64,000 bases of DNA from Promethearchaeota archaeon (lineage in GTDB: Archaea; Asgardarchaeota; Lokiarchaeia; Sigyniarchaeales; SOKP01): assembly GCA_048938025.1 (NCBI GenBank), contig JBHLMP010000004.1, forward strand, positions 32,001-96,000. The letters run 5' to 3'. Within the stretch, counting starts at the first letter, position 1. Each line of letters opens with the position of its first letter. Below the pieces are notes generated by a model. That model worked only from the letters and a program-made list of their open reading frames with translations, did not search any database and was not told where the DNA came from. The position numbers and the translations under genes are program-made. Shown piece after piece: positions 1-10,163 of this stretch.

Positions 1-560
1 CTATGTTCAAAATGAAACTCTGCATGAAACCCCAATTTATAGTAGCGATGAGGATACCTTCAAGTTTATCTCAATGGGTCGGGATGGCGATACTCAACAA
101 GCCTGTGATGAGATCGATTTTGTATTCATTCGCTTTAACATCTCTTCAGAGGATGCGATGGAAATCCTGAATCTCTTGCTTGAATGCTTAATAAACGAGA
201 CGACCAATGAAACTGCGTTTGTATACAGCTATATTTCAACTAAACTGAATGGGACTTCGGCGGTGATGATGAATCTGCCGATTCCGGTGCTAGGCATTAT
301 CCCGTGGTTTTGTGCGATGGAAAGCTCTTCTTTTGGCAAGACACCGAAAACTAGCAAACAAGCATTCTGGGAACCCTTAAAAAAGGTGGTATCGTTTGCT
401 GTCGGCTTAATTATAACCATTGGAATGGCGATTCTAGAACTGGTGGAGTTGATCGCAGAATTTGTTATGGACATTTTAATGGAGTGGCTACCCATATTAG
501 AGTATATATTATGGCTGATCATACGTGTACTTATTCTCATACTAGTTTGGATTATCTTTG
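1..560 (+). repeat. Direct repeat copy A (conserved cassette core)
   Basis: Aligns to 3038-~3600 at offset 3037; first 51 nt identical, 58/60 over the first 60 nt; similarity fades after the MEWLPILE...WIxFA segment. Confidence 0.9.
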
Positions 561-1528
561 CAATTACACTTTTAATAGTTATTATTGAATTTGTTTCTAT
601 AGTTGGAGTGTTATACACAATAAGTCTTTTCAGAGATGTTCAAATTACAACAAAAATCGATAATATCAAGGCAGAAGGTGATTTAAATATCGAATTTGGA
701 TATGATATTGGTTCAAAATACATTGATTTTCTTGAATTTTATATACCTACCATTGAAACTTATTTCGAAGCAGATAATTTATCAATGGTGTTTAAATTAA
801 ACTTTTTTTCAGTTTACATAAATTTCGAAAAATTTCCAGAAGATGTTTGTGATCAAGTTTTAAATAATGATCCCATACAATCTTCAGGATTATATCCAAA
901 AAGTAGTTCTAGTAGTGATGATGAATTAATCTATATTCTCGAAATTATATCAAATATAGGAGATGGAACTGGACATTGTGGTGCGGTGTTTACTATTACG
1001 GCATTTGTTTCTCATATTAATGAAGCAGATAAAAGTGGGTTTACAGGATTTTATGCTGGATTAATTGTGGCTATTTTTGAAATTGTTTCTTTTATAATAA
1101 TAACATTTACTTACGAACAAGATATTAAAATAATAGCTTCTGCTCTTTTGGGTCTAGGTATAGGATATCTTTTTTCGGGTGTGATTGCTATTGCTAGTGC
1201 AATTTATATGCACTTAATAGGAACTGTTATTTTTAATAGTAATGTTGATACATTGTTATTTCTTTTTCAAATTGATGATGCACTCTTAACTGTTTTTGGC
1301 ATTGTAGTAGCGATAGGTGAACTAGTAAAGGGTCTTCCCGATGATGAAATTTGGTGGTTAACCGAAGAATCTATAACAAGTATTACTGGAGGTTTTTTTG
1401 GATTGACAGTTGGAATTATGTCAATGATGACAGTTGCTAATAAAGGGATAGTTGGTATGGAAGGATTATTTTTCATATTTGTTGGTTTAGCATTGATAAT
1501 AACAAGTATTTCAATGGTTAGTGATTAA
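2..1528 (+). CDS. 5'-partial membrane protein, variable-C-terminus cassette 1
   Basis: Frame is open from base 2 (YVQNETLHETPIY...), so the ATG at 74 is internal. The first ~185 aa are highly similar to the middle of ORF 2439-4523; the C-terminus has several Gly-rich hydrophobic helices. Confidence 0.8.
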   Translation, partial: YVQNETLHETPIYSSDEDTFKFISMGRDGDTQQACDEIDFVFIRFNISSEDAMEILNLLLECLINETTNETAFVYSYISTKLNGTSAVMMNLPIPVLGIIPWFCAMESSSFGKTPKTSKQAFWEPLKKVVSFAVGLIITIGMAILELVELIAEFVMDILMEWLPILEYILWLIIRVLILILVWIIFAITLLIVIIEFVSIVGVLYTISLFRDVQITTKIDNIKAEGDLNIEFGYDIGSKYIDFLEFYIPTIETYFEADNLSMVFKLNFFSVYINFEKFPEDVCDQVLNNDPIQSSGLYPKSSSSSDDELIYILEIISNIGDGTGHCGAVFTITAFVSHINEADKSGFTGFYAGLIVAIFEIVSFIIITFTYEQDIKIIASALLGLGIGYLFSGVIAIASAIYMHLIGTVIFNSNVDTLLFLFQIDDALLTVFGIVVAIGELVKGLPDDEIWWLTEESITSITGGFFGLTVGIMSMMTVANKGIVGMEGLFFIFVGLALIITSISMVSD

Positions 1529-1685
1529 TTGTTAAATAAGGAGAACCTAATTATTTATAAATAATTTTTTTTTAAATACATAATTTTTTATATATAATGT
1601 TAATCTAAAAATAATACAAAGAAAAATTAAGTAATGATAATAATCATAAATAAAATTTTAATTCAAGAAAAAAAATTGGATTTTT

Positions 1686-2150
1686 ATGAATTTATATGTT
1701 TATAAATTAAAGGCTACTTGGAATCGTGTATCCTATGAAGAAATTCTTTTAGATTGTGTTGGGAGTGGTAATGAAGAAGATCCCGCTATAATAGAGCCCT
1801 CAGAATATCTCCCAGATTCTTTCTCCATTTTTAATTCTAATACTTTCATTAATATAAGGAACTGTATAAAAAGATTTATCGGATTTAAATTAAGTCAAAA
1901 TATATCATTGAAAGACTGTAAGATTAATAATTGTTTAGTAGATAATTCTTCAAAAATTAATATCAAAAATGTCATAATTGATAATTATCTCAAAGTACAT
2001 TCAAGTGATCATATTTATATTACAGATTCTAATATTAAAAAATTGAAGTTAAAACAAGCGAGTAGTAATATTATAAAAAATTGTACTATTCAAAAAATAA
2101 AAGAAATTAAAGGATTTAGTAACACTTTTCAAGATATAAAATCTATGTAG
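1686..2150 (+). CDS. Small right-handed beta-helix-like protein
   Basis: GSGNEEDPAIIE motif followed by repeated I-x-N-C-x-I / S-x-N-I patterns typical of parallel beta-helix repeats. Confidence 0.6.
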   Translation: MNLYVYKLKATWNRVSYEEILLDCVGSGNEEDPAIIEPSEYLPDSFSIFNSNTFINIRNCIKRFIGFKLSQNISLKDCKINNCLVDNSSKINIKNVIIDNYLKVHSSDHIYITDSNIKKLKLKQASSNIIKNCTIQKIKEIKGFSNTFQDIKSM

Positions 2151-2348
2151 GATGAGACTATTAAATTTAAAAAATCTTGTTGTTTTAATTTCCTTGCCAA
2201 TTTTAAGTTATATAGTTGATTGTCATATTTTTGTTATTTCATTTATCCTTTATAATTCTTTTACATTCTTGAATTCTTACACATTTAATCAAGTCTGCTG
2301 AAAATTTTAATTTTATTCCTAAATTTTGAATCTATAAGACTTATGTGA

Positions 2349-4523
2349 AAAGTTTTTGAAAAATTTCATCCTATAAGCGCAGATACGGATGGAGATGGTG
2401 TCTGGGATAAATTCGATCGAGATCCACATAAAGACGTAATGCTTGAGATCAGTCCCATTTCTGGATCGGTTCCCAATGATTACAAATTGAAAATTGTGAT
2501 TAAATTTAATGATGGTACAGGCGAAAAGTATTATATTCCAACACCAAAAGAAGTAGCAGATATATTTGAAGATCCCTTATACACTGCTTATTTTGATCTC
2601 CATTATTACATTGATATAAGCGATGATAAACGAGTTCCGAATAATTATGGTGCCATGAGGTTTGATATTGAATTATGGAGAGTGGATAGATACTGGGGAT
2701 TGATCAAAAAGTGGGATAAAAAGCTTGTTTCTGGTGATGAATATTACTACATCCAAACTCCAGGGCACGATGATACGCTAACAGTCGAGAAATATGATGA
2801 ATCTGAATTAGTTTATCAAGCTAAGGTAAAGGTTAAAACTATTGGAGTTGAAAAGGCAAACACCATCGCGATTTATGAAACCAATGGTACTGTGTTTAAT
2901 GGACATTATCAAGAACAGGAGCGGATGAATATTATACAACTGTATGTGAATGATAGCGGTGTGGGTACCCCTTTCGTAGAAGGACCTAATGTCATCGTGA
3001 TTCCAACCAGCCTCTTTACCGAAACTATCTTTAACGCCTATGTTCAAAATGAAACTCTGCATGAAACCCCAATTTATAGTAGCGATGATGATATCTTCAA
3101 ATTCATCTCAGTGGGTCGGGATGGCAGTACCGAGCAAGCCTGCGATGAAATCGATTTTGTATTCATTCGATTTGACATTTCTTCGCAAGATGCTATGGAA
3201 ATCCTGAATTTATTGCTTGAATGCTTGGTAAACGAGACCACCAATGAAACTGCGATCGTGTATAGCTATGTTTCTACCAAACTGAATGGAACTTTGGCTG
3301 TGATGATGAATCTGCCGATATCGGTGCTAGGTTTTGTCCCGTGGTTTTGCAACTTTGAAAATTCAATTATAGGTTCAAAACCGGAAACCAGAGACGATGT
3401 ATTCTGGAAAGGAATAAAAAAATTAATATCACTCGCCGTAGGGTTAATTGTAATCATTGGAATGGCGATTCTCGAGCTGGTGGAACTGATTGGAGATTTC
3501 ATCATGGAGATTTTAATGGAGTGGCTACCGATACTAGAATTTATACTGTTGTTAATAATTGGAGCGATAATTTTAATATATATCTGGATTATGTTCGCTT
3601 TCACAGTCTTATCTTTTATGTTATTATTTCTTCAGATAAGTTTAATATTCATATTTTTTAGTACAGTACTTGGAACAGAACCTATAATTAAGCTAAATTA
3701 CTTAGCAGTTGAAAATGATGATCTTAGTTTTAATTCAGATTACAGAATCGGTGAGAAATATAATAATTTCCTTAAATTAAAAATCCCAACATTATTCTTT
3801 TCTCTTGAAGTTAATCAGACTTCTTATAACACATATATAAACTTTTTTGATAGTGGTTCGATTGTTGAACTCGATTTCTTCGAAACAATTCTTCAGAAAC
3901 AAAATGTTTCAAGTAAAGATGCAAATGAAGAATCAGAATCTTGGTGGAATGGATTTAATCTAATTTTAGGGAGTTTTACCCTTTTAGAGTCTTCACATTT
4001 CATAACGAGATTATTTATTGATAATCCAATATATAATATACTTGTAAAAGTTGCTTTTTATTTAGGAGTCTTCTCTCTAACTCTAGGAATCATGAATGTT
4101 TGCTTAGATTTTCAAGACAAGGAAAAGAGGTTTGATACTTTACGCGGGTTGATTTTTGCTTCAATTGTTTTATTTGGTATTAATTTTTTGTTAAGAACTT
4201 TATATAGAAAAGGTGCACCTGGAGGATCAGGATTAAGTAATACACTTAGAAAATTATTTAAGTTGGGATTGGTGGTTGCTCTTTTTGGTAGCGGAGTGAA
4301 TGTTTTAAATTCAATTATGAGTTTTTTTGGCATTGATTTAGGAGTATCAAATTATTTATCGCTATTAACTTCAATACCGCTTTGGCTTGTCTCGCTCTTA
4401 ATTATAAGTCACTTGCCAAAAAATAAAGATAGAAAAGAAGTAATTAACGACTGGTTGTGGATTTCTATATTCCTAATCTTTTGTGTTGTTGTATATGCGG
4501 CAATAATTTTAAATCTTAATTAA
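2349..4523 (+). CDS. Variable-C-terminus cassette 2, apparently 5'-truncated (first ATG 2439)
   Basis: Frame opens after TGA at 2346-2348 and reads KVFEKFHPISADTDGDGVWDKFDRDPHKDVM, a DxDxDG Ca-binding-type repeat upstream of the first ATG; no signal peptide; multi-TM C-terminus. Confidence 0.75.
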   Translation, partial: KVFEKFHPISADTDGDGVWDKFDRDPHKDVMLEISPISGSVPNDYKLKIVIKFNDGTGEKYYIPTPKEVADIFEDPLYTAYFDLHYYIDISDDKRVPNNYGAMRFDIELWRVDRYWGLIKKWDKKLVSGDEYYYIQTPGHDDTLTVEKYDESELVYQAKVKVKTIGVEKANTIAIYETNGTVFNGHYQEQERMNIIQLYVNDSGVGTPFVEGPNVIVIPTSLFTETIFNAYVQNETLHETPIYSSDDDIFKFISVGRDGSTEQACDEIDFVFIRFDISSQDAMEILNLLLECLVNETTNETAIVYSYVSTKLNGTLAVMMNLPISVLGFVPWFCNFENSIIGSKPETRDDVFWKGIKKLISLAVGLIVIIGMAILELVELIGDFIMEILMEWLPILEFILLLIIGAIILIYIWIMFAFTVLSFMLLFLQISLIFIFFSTVLGTEPIIKLNYLAVENDDLSFNSDYRIGEKYNNFLKLKIPTLFFSLEVNQTSYNTYINFFDSGSIVELDFFETILQKQNVSSKDANEESESWWNGFNLILGSFTLLESSHFITRLFIDNPIYNILVKVAFYLGVFSLTLGIMNVCLDFQDKEKRFDTLRGLIFASIVLFGINFLLRTLYRKGAPGGSGLSNTLRKLFKLGLVVALFGSGVNVLNSIMSFFGIDLGVSNYLSLLTSIPLWLVSLLIISHLPKNKDRKEVINDWLWISIFLIFCVVVYAAIILNLN
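3038..3600 (+). repeat. Direct repeat copy B (conserved cassette core)
   Basis: Homologous to 1-560 at DNA and protein level (ACDEIDFVFIRF, AMEILNLLLECL, IGMAILELVELI shared). Confidence 0.9.
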
Positions 4524-4706
4524 TTTTTTTTTTTTAAAATCTAAAAATAATAGTTTAATTTGGTTTAACAAAAATTTTTTTAATCTAATTCAAAAAATTT
4601 GAGTTAGTGATTTTTTCGAATAATTAATGTTCGTAATTAACATTTATTTTTTTCTCTTTGTTATATTTTTTTAAATTTGATGGAAATTAAAAAGCATAAA
4701 ACATTT

Positions 4707-6176
4707 TTAATTAATTTTGTAAAATCTGTTTCTAAGATTTAGGATTTTTGTAAATAAGTTAACTTTTTTTGTTGGATTTATTTCAATTTTAGTGTTTTCA
4801 TCAGGACTTATACCTTCAATAGGATTTTTAAGGTGGATTTCAATATTTTGACGATTTAATTTATTAAAATAAGTAACGGCTACAACATTATTATAAGGAA
4901 TAGAATAGATTTTATTTGATTTTTCTAATATAATTCTCTGAGATGTAAATAAATATTTCCAAAATTTTTGTGTAAGAAAAATGATTAGCCCGAATATAAA
5001 TATTGAACAAATCCCCAAGAACACCAGCAAAGCATCTACTGATAAATTTATGACAGAGAAAGTAGTAAAATAAAAATATATGATTACTAAAAAAATAATT
5101 ATGATCATTTTTATTGAGGAATAAATTTTTTTAGGAAAATATATTATAAGAATCCTTTCAGTTTTGTTCAAATACTCTAAAAATGGTAAAATTCTTTCTT
5201 TAGAATACGTTATAGGTTCAACTTTCCTCTCAACTTTATTTATTTCTTTTATATATTCATAGGGTTTTTGTTCCTCTATTAAATTTAATATTTCTTCAAC
5301 ATGTAATAATAAATCTTTATTAAATTTCCAAGTCAAAAATTTTAAATAGATTAATTCTAAAACATCAAGAAAATTCTCAATAGGACCAAAAGTAAACTCA
5401 TCATAAGATGGTTCATAAGAAGATTTTATTATTAGTGTATTTATTTCATAATTTAGATAAAAATTATTATCAAATTCAATCTTTTGACTATTGATTCCCT
5501 TAGTTAAAACAAGATTATCATTATAAACTTTTAAAGAAACATTTTGTTTTGTTTCAACAAATTCATGAAAATCTTGAGTACCAACTTCATTATTAATTAC
5601 TTCTAGTCTCTTTTCTATATTCCCATAATGCCAAATTATTGATTCAATTATTTGAATTACCTTTGATATATTTTTGATTGGAGGTGTGATTATACTATTT
5701 TTTTTATGGAGTTGCTTATAATTTTTAAAATTTTTATAAATAAATTCAATTCTTCCCTTATCTTTGAAATAATCAATAAATTGAACACTAATAGCTTGTA
5801 AAGAAGATAATTCTACTATATCTGCACTAGAATTCATAGCAGATCTTATACTCAAGAGATAAATTTTTTTATTACTTATATAAATAAATAGTTTTAAAGG
5901 TTTTGACATTTGAAACGTATAAATGAAACCTATAGGAAATATAACAAAAATAGAAAGGGATAATATTAAGTAATCTTTAAAAAAATCTGATGTAAGAAAA
6001 GGAAAAATTACAAAAATAAAGCTAATTGGAATTAGAAAGAGAAATAAAATCATAATAATTTGTTCTTTTGAAAAAAATTTAAGTTTCAATTTATAAAGTA
6101 ATTTCTCATCTGGAAGCAAATTGTATAAAATATTCTCAGAAATATCAAAAATTTCGGTTTGCTCAGTTCTAAACAT
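4707..6176 (-). CDS. Membrane protein with two TM-hairpin + bacterial-PH-like modules
   Basis: 489 aa; repeated pattern LLPDEKLLY-TM-TM-YISNKKIY and LNKTERILII-TM-TM-YLFTSQRII. Confidence 0.55.
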   Translation of the reverse strand: MFRTEQTEIFDISENILYNLLPDEKLLYKLKLKFFSKEQIIMILFLFLIPISFIFVIFPFLTSDFFKDYLILSLSIFVIFPIGFIYTFQMSKPLKLFIYISNKKIYLLSIRSAMNSSADIVELSSLQAISVQFIDYFKDKGRIEFIYKNFKNYKQLHKKNSIITPPIKNISKVIQIIESIIWHYGNIEKRLEVINNEVGTQDFHEFVETKQNVSLKVYNDNLVLTKGINSQKIEFDNNFYLNYEINTLIIKSSYEPSYDEFTFGPIENFLDVLELIYLKFLTWKFNKDLLLHVEEILNLIEEQKPYEYIKEINKVERKVEPITYSKERILPFLEYLNKTERILIIYFPKKIYSSIKMIIIIFLVIIYFYFTTFSVINLSVDALLVFLGICSIFIFGLIIFLTQKFWKYLFTSQRIILEKSNKIYSIPYNNVVAVTYFNKLNRQNIEIHLKNPIEGISPDENTKIEINPTKKVNLFTKILNLRNRFYKIN

Positions 6177-6364
6177 TTTAAATCATGATCTATTAATAAA
6201 TTATGTACATTATTACAGAAAATACTTCATTAAAAAAGTATAATTATCATTTAAGATTTTTTGATTTAATTATTAATGTAAATAATGATTTTAGTCCCTT
6301 AAGAATAAATATTATTACTCTATAATAAAAATCTTCGCTTTTATTTAGTAAATAAATTAATAAA

Positions 6365-9340
6365 TTATTGAAACTTATATTCTGGAATTACTTGAATAGG
6401 ACTAGCTGATCTTAAAATATTGATACCAATATTACGGATTTCTCTTAATTCCTCTAAGACTAAATTTCTAATTTCCGTTTCTTTGATTTTTTTGCTGCCT
6501 AAAACATAATTTTTGACTTTTTGTGAACATATTTTAGAAAGAGTTGTGATTTTTAACTGTTCGTCAGTATCTTTAAATTTTGGAATATTAAAATATAATG
6601 GTCTTTTATGATGATGTCTTGTATCACTTATAATTTTCACACTTTTTGCTAGATCAGGAATACTTAACATACCACACAAATAATATGCTTCATCTTCATT
6701 TTTAGTACCATAATAGTATAAAGTTGAGTCAACATAAATTCTTCCTTCTGGATCATTAATAACAGCCGCAAGTAATCTTTTAGCGTTTGGAAACACAACT
6801 TTATAGGGTAATCTTTGAACTTTTTTAACAATGTTGTTAGTACATAACTTATTTCTATAATTAATTCCTACCTCAAATAAATCCTTATTAACTTCTTTTC
6901 GATAAATTTCTTTTATGAAATTCCAATGCTTTCTACTAAATGGACCTAATGTGGAAACTGAAAAAGTAAAATTTTCATTTAAGGGTAAAAATATTGCATA
7001 AGGTTTAATATAAAATGGATAAAGTTGACGAGAAAGTGTTGCTTGAAAAAGACAAATTGTTTCAATCCGTGCATGTTTATAATGGGGTTTCTTCCAAATA
7101 TCTTTAGCCTGTGGTGAGATCCAAGGTTCTATTATAGAAATTTTACCATTTTGAATGGTTTCTATTATATTACAATAAAGTAAAACTTTAGGGATTAAAT
7201 CAGCACCTTGAATAAATTCGCTATAATAATCAGATAAATGACATGGAAGTAAATCTGCTTTTTTCTCAGATTTAATTAACTTTTTGACCAAATATTTCTC
7301 ATTCTTTTTTTCTTGGAAATAAACATAGGGTTCTAAATGGTACTGATCTAGTACCTCCATTGTATTAGCATCTAAATAATGACATAATATGGGATATTTC
7401 TTATGAACATCCTCTATTCCTATAATTTTATCAATAACATGAGCAAAAATACAGCAACAATCAATATTAAATACTAAATTATTAAATTCAAAGAATTCTA
7501 TATTTTCAAATGGTTCAAATCTTCTTGCTTTTTGATTTTGCGAGGAAACTAATAATGAACGAGGCATTACAAATGCGATTTTACCATTTCCATCTTTTCT
7601 AAGATAAAGATCTGGAACTCTATACAAAAAAATAACTGCTTCTTCTATATTTGTTATGTTTTGAGCTGCAGGTTTTATATTAAATTTGTTAGATAGCTTT
7701 TTCATGGTTTCTTTTAGTCTTGGATCTGCATCCTTATAAGTTAACCATGGTGGATTTGTAATAATTAAATCCATTTTTTTTTTCATTAAAAGTAAACGTA
7801 TTCCAAGTAAATTGTTCAATATATAAAGCCAAATATGATCTTTATCTTGTTTTCTTAACTCAAACAACTTTTTGAAAAATTGATAGATAGAATTGATAAA
7901 TGGTTGATCTAAATTAGAGTAAGATTCTTTTAAATTATCCTTATTTGAAATTGCGGCAATCCAAGTATCCTTAAATTTATCAAAATCTTCCCACACATTA
8001 TAAAGAGATTTTACTAATTCTTGAAAAGTTTCAATATTAGAAGAGGATAAAAAATCACCAGGTATTCTAAGTTCTAATTCACTATCCAATAAATCAACAC
8101 AAAAAGCATAATATTTTCCTAATTCAATATCTGCTACTTCAGAAAATTCTAATGGATCAATAGAATTACACAAATAAACATTAATAGAAATGCTTTCAAT
8201 CCATTCTTTTCTATTTTTAAAATATAATATACAATTTGCCTTTGTTGTTAATACTGCAATGGGATTAATATCAAATCCAAATATATTATTTATTGCATCA
8301 AACCATTCTTTAGGAGGTTTTACTTCTTTATCTAAATTGAATTGAGAATCTATTCTTTTATATGTCTCAATAATAAAGGTTCCTGAGCCACAAGATGAGT
8401 CTAGAACTCTATCTCCCAATTCATATTGTTTTTCAACCATTTTTTTACATAAAAATTCTGGTGTATAATATTCTCCTAATCTATGTCTTACTCCAGCAAT
8501 AATCATCTCTTGATAGATAGTCCTAAAGATATCAGTAGCTTTTAAAGTGATTGTTTTCAAAATCTCAAAATAATCGTCACATAATCCTTGAACGTTTATT
8601 ATCCACCTGAAAAAATCATAATGAAACAAAGATATACCGAGTAGTTCGAAATAATTTTCTAAATCTTTGAAATATTCACGGGAATATTGCTCTGGATTAA
8701 TGAATTCTTTATATAAAATCAACTTTAAAAGCATACTCAGATAAGAGTGTCTTAAAAATAATTCTTTACCTACTTCTTCATCGTGATAAGCAAGCCTAAA
8801 ATGTTTTTTCCATTGTTGAAAACAAATGGTTTTTTCTCCGCTATGGTCTTCAAAATGCTTCTCTAATCGAGAATATGATAAAATGTAAAGGGGAGAGTTT
8901 ACACCAAATAGAATTGCAAATTGTTCGGAATCCAAAGATTTAGTTTCTAACAAACACTCCATTAATGATCTAATAGATCTTTCATTAATCTCACGCTTAT
9001 TTCTTAAAATAAGATCTTCATCATAATACCAAATATAGGATTCTGAGATAATAATTAATAAATTTGGATATTTTCCTTTAGTTTCAAAATATTCTTGAAT
9101 GTATTGCTTACCTTTTAAATTCAGCCAATTATTTAGAGTTTTATTTGAAATTTTATATTTATAATCAAGAATTATATCTCCAATCAAACAATCTGGTTTT
9201 CCGTATAAAATTCTTTGTTGAGCTTGATAAGTTAATCCTATCTTATCAAATAAGCTATCAAACCAATGTTCAATGTCAAATTCATTTGAAGATCTTTTAA
9301 TGGGAGTTATGTCGATTTCTAAATCCTTTATTAAATACAT
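6365..9340 (-). CDS. Type IIG-like restriction-modification protein (N6-adenine methyltransferase with N-terminal PD-(D/E)xK-like domain)
   Basis: GEYYTPEF, motif I VLDSSCGSGTF, GFDINPIA, motif IV IITNPPW; N-terminal KPDCLIGDIILDYK. Confidence 0.85.
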   Translation of the reverse strand: MYLIKDLEIDITPIKRSSNEFDIEHWFDSLFDKIGLTYQAQQRILYGKPDCLIGDIILDYKYKISNKTLNNWLNLKGKQYIQEYFETKGKYPNLLIIISESYIWYYDEDLILRNKREINERSIRSLMECLLETKSLDSEQFAILFGVNSPLYILSYSRLEKHFEDHSGEKTICFQQWKKHFRLAYHDEEVGKELFLRHSYLSMLLKLILYKEFINPEQYSREYFKDLENYFELLGISLFHYDFFRWIINVQGLCDDYFEILKTITLKATDIFRTIYQEMIIAGVRHRLGEYYTPEFLCKKMVEKQYELGDRVLDSSCGSGTFIIETYKRIDSQFNLDKEVKPPKEWFDAINNIFGFDINPIAVLTTKANCILYFKNRKEWIESISINVYLCNSIDPLEFSEVADIELGKYYAFCVDLLDSELELRIPGDFLSSSNIETFQELVKSLYNVWEDFDKFKDTWIAAISNKDNLKESYSNLDQPFINSIYQFFKKLFELRKQDKDHIWLYILNNLLGIRLLLMKKKMDLIITNPPWLTYKDADPRLKETMKKLSNKFNIKPAAQNITNIEEAVIFLYRVPDLYLRKDGNGKIAFVMPRSLLVSSQNQKARRFEPFENIEFFEFNNLVFNIDCCCIFAHVIDKIIGIEDVHKKYPILCHYLDANTMEVLDQYHLEPYVYFQEKKNEKYLVKKLIKSEKKADLLPCHLSDYYSEFIQGADLIPKVLLYCNIIETIQNGKISIIEPWISPQAKDIWKKPHYKHARIETICLFQATLSRQLYPFYIKPYAIFLPLNENFTFSVSTLGPFSRKHWNFIKEIYRKEVNKDLFEVGINYRNKLCTNNIVKKVQRLPYKVVFPNAKRLLAAVINDPEGRIYVDSTLYYYGTKNEDEAYYLCGMLSIPDLAKSVKIISDTRHHHKRPLYFNIPKFKDTDEQLKITTLSKICSQKVKNYVLGSKKIKETEIRNLVLEELREIRNIGINILRSASPIQVIPEYKFQ

Positions 9341-9456
9341 GATAATTAGATTTATTTTTAAAGGTGATTGAAAGATTTTAGTAAATTACAGTAAATAATT
9401 AAACTCTTATGATTTTTATATAATTTTGTCAAAAGTAATTATAAAAATACAGTGAT

Positions 9457-9993
9457 ATGAACATGATATTGAATGAAAATTTCGCTGATCTTGTGGATAT
9501 TGAATATAAGATAGATAAAGAGAAACTTAAAACTATAGAATTAGCTCTTGAAAAAATTTGTAGAGATACAGGTGAAGATGAATATGATTCTATCATTGAT
9601 TTAGAAGTGAAATTTAAAATTTGGATCACTGATGAAAAAATTGTAACTTTAAATGGAAGACAAATATGGATTTGGGTTATTGAGCCTTTCGTAGAGCAGA
9701 TTTTAACTAATATTAAGGCATATCTTAAAAAATTAAACTTACCAATCTCAGAATTTATTGAAATTGTTGAATTTCATCAACAAAAATGTATTAAACATCC
9801 TGAAAAAGTAGCAATATGCGCCATCCATAAAGATATCTTCCAAATAATGAAAGAAGAACATGGGATAACTGGTAGTTATTTGAAATGTTATGAATGGGAG
9901 CAAATTCAAAATTCTGAATTATGGAGAAAAGTAGAAATACAGATTACACGAGAATTAATTGCAGATAAATTAATGAGAAAACTTAAAACATAA
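9457..9993 (+). CDS. Hypothetical protein
   Basis: 178-aa ORF with normal composition; no recognised motif. Confidence 0.6.
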   Translation: MNMILNENFADLVDIEYKIDKEKLKTIELALEKICRDTGEDEYDSIIDLEVKFKIWITDEKIVTLNGRQIWIWVIEPFVEQILTNIKAYLKKLNLPISEFIEIVEFHQQKCIKHPEKVAICAIHKDIFQIMKEEHGITGSYLKCYEWEQIQNSELWRKVEIQITRELIADKLMRKLKT

Positions 9994-10021
9994 AAAAAGA
10001 AAGTTTGAAAGAATATACTTT

Positions 10022-10089
10022 TTGTCCTATTTCTACATCCATTTTCTTAGGCTCTTCAAGAAGAGCATCAATAACGGAAGATCTGCTAA
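10022..10089 (-). pseudogene. Orphan diverged copy of the acs 3' end
   Basis: Minus strand reads LAD(fs)SVIDALLEEPKKMDVEIG vs Acs C-terminus LADPSVVEKLLEERKKMDIEIG (21536-21604); 52/69 nt identical by hand alignment, one 1-nt deletion. Confidence 0.85.
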
Positions 10090-10153
10090 TTTAAAGGGTT
10101 TGGTAATAAATACCCAAGATTTTATCGAAGAGAAAATGGAAAATGGATGTAGA
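10032..10153. repeat. Perfect 15-bp inverted repeat flanking ~90 bp
   Basis: tctacatccattttc (10032-10046) and gaaaatggatgtaga (10139-10153). Confidence 0.8.
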
Positions 10154-10163
10154 TTTATTAAAA

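Noticed and set aside
1-3600. Diversity-generating retroelement TR/VR pair
   Set aside because: Mismatches checked are not adenine-specific (g/t, c/t), both copies are coding, and no reverse transcriptase is in the window.
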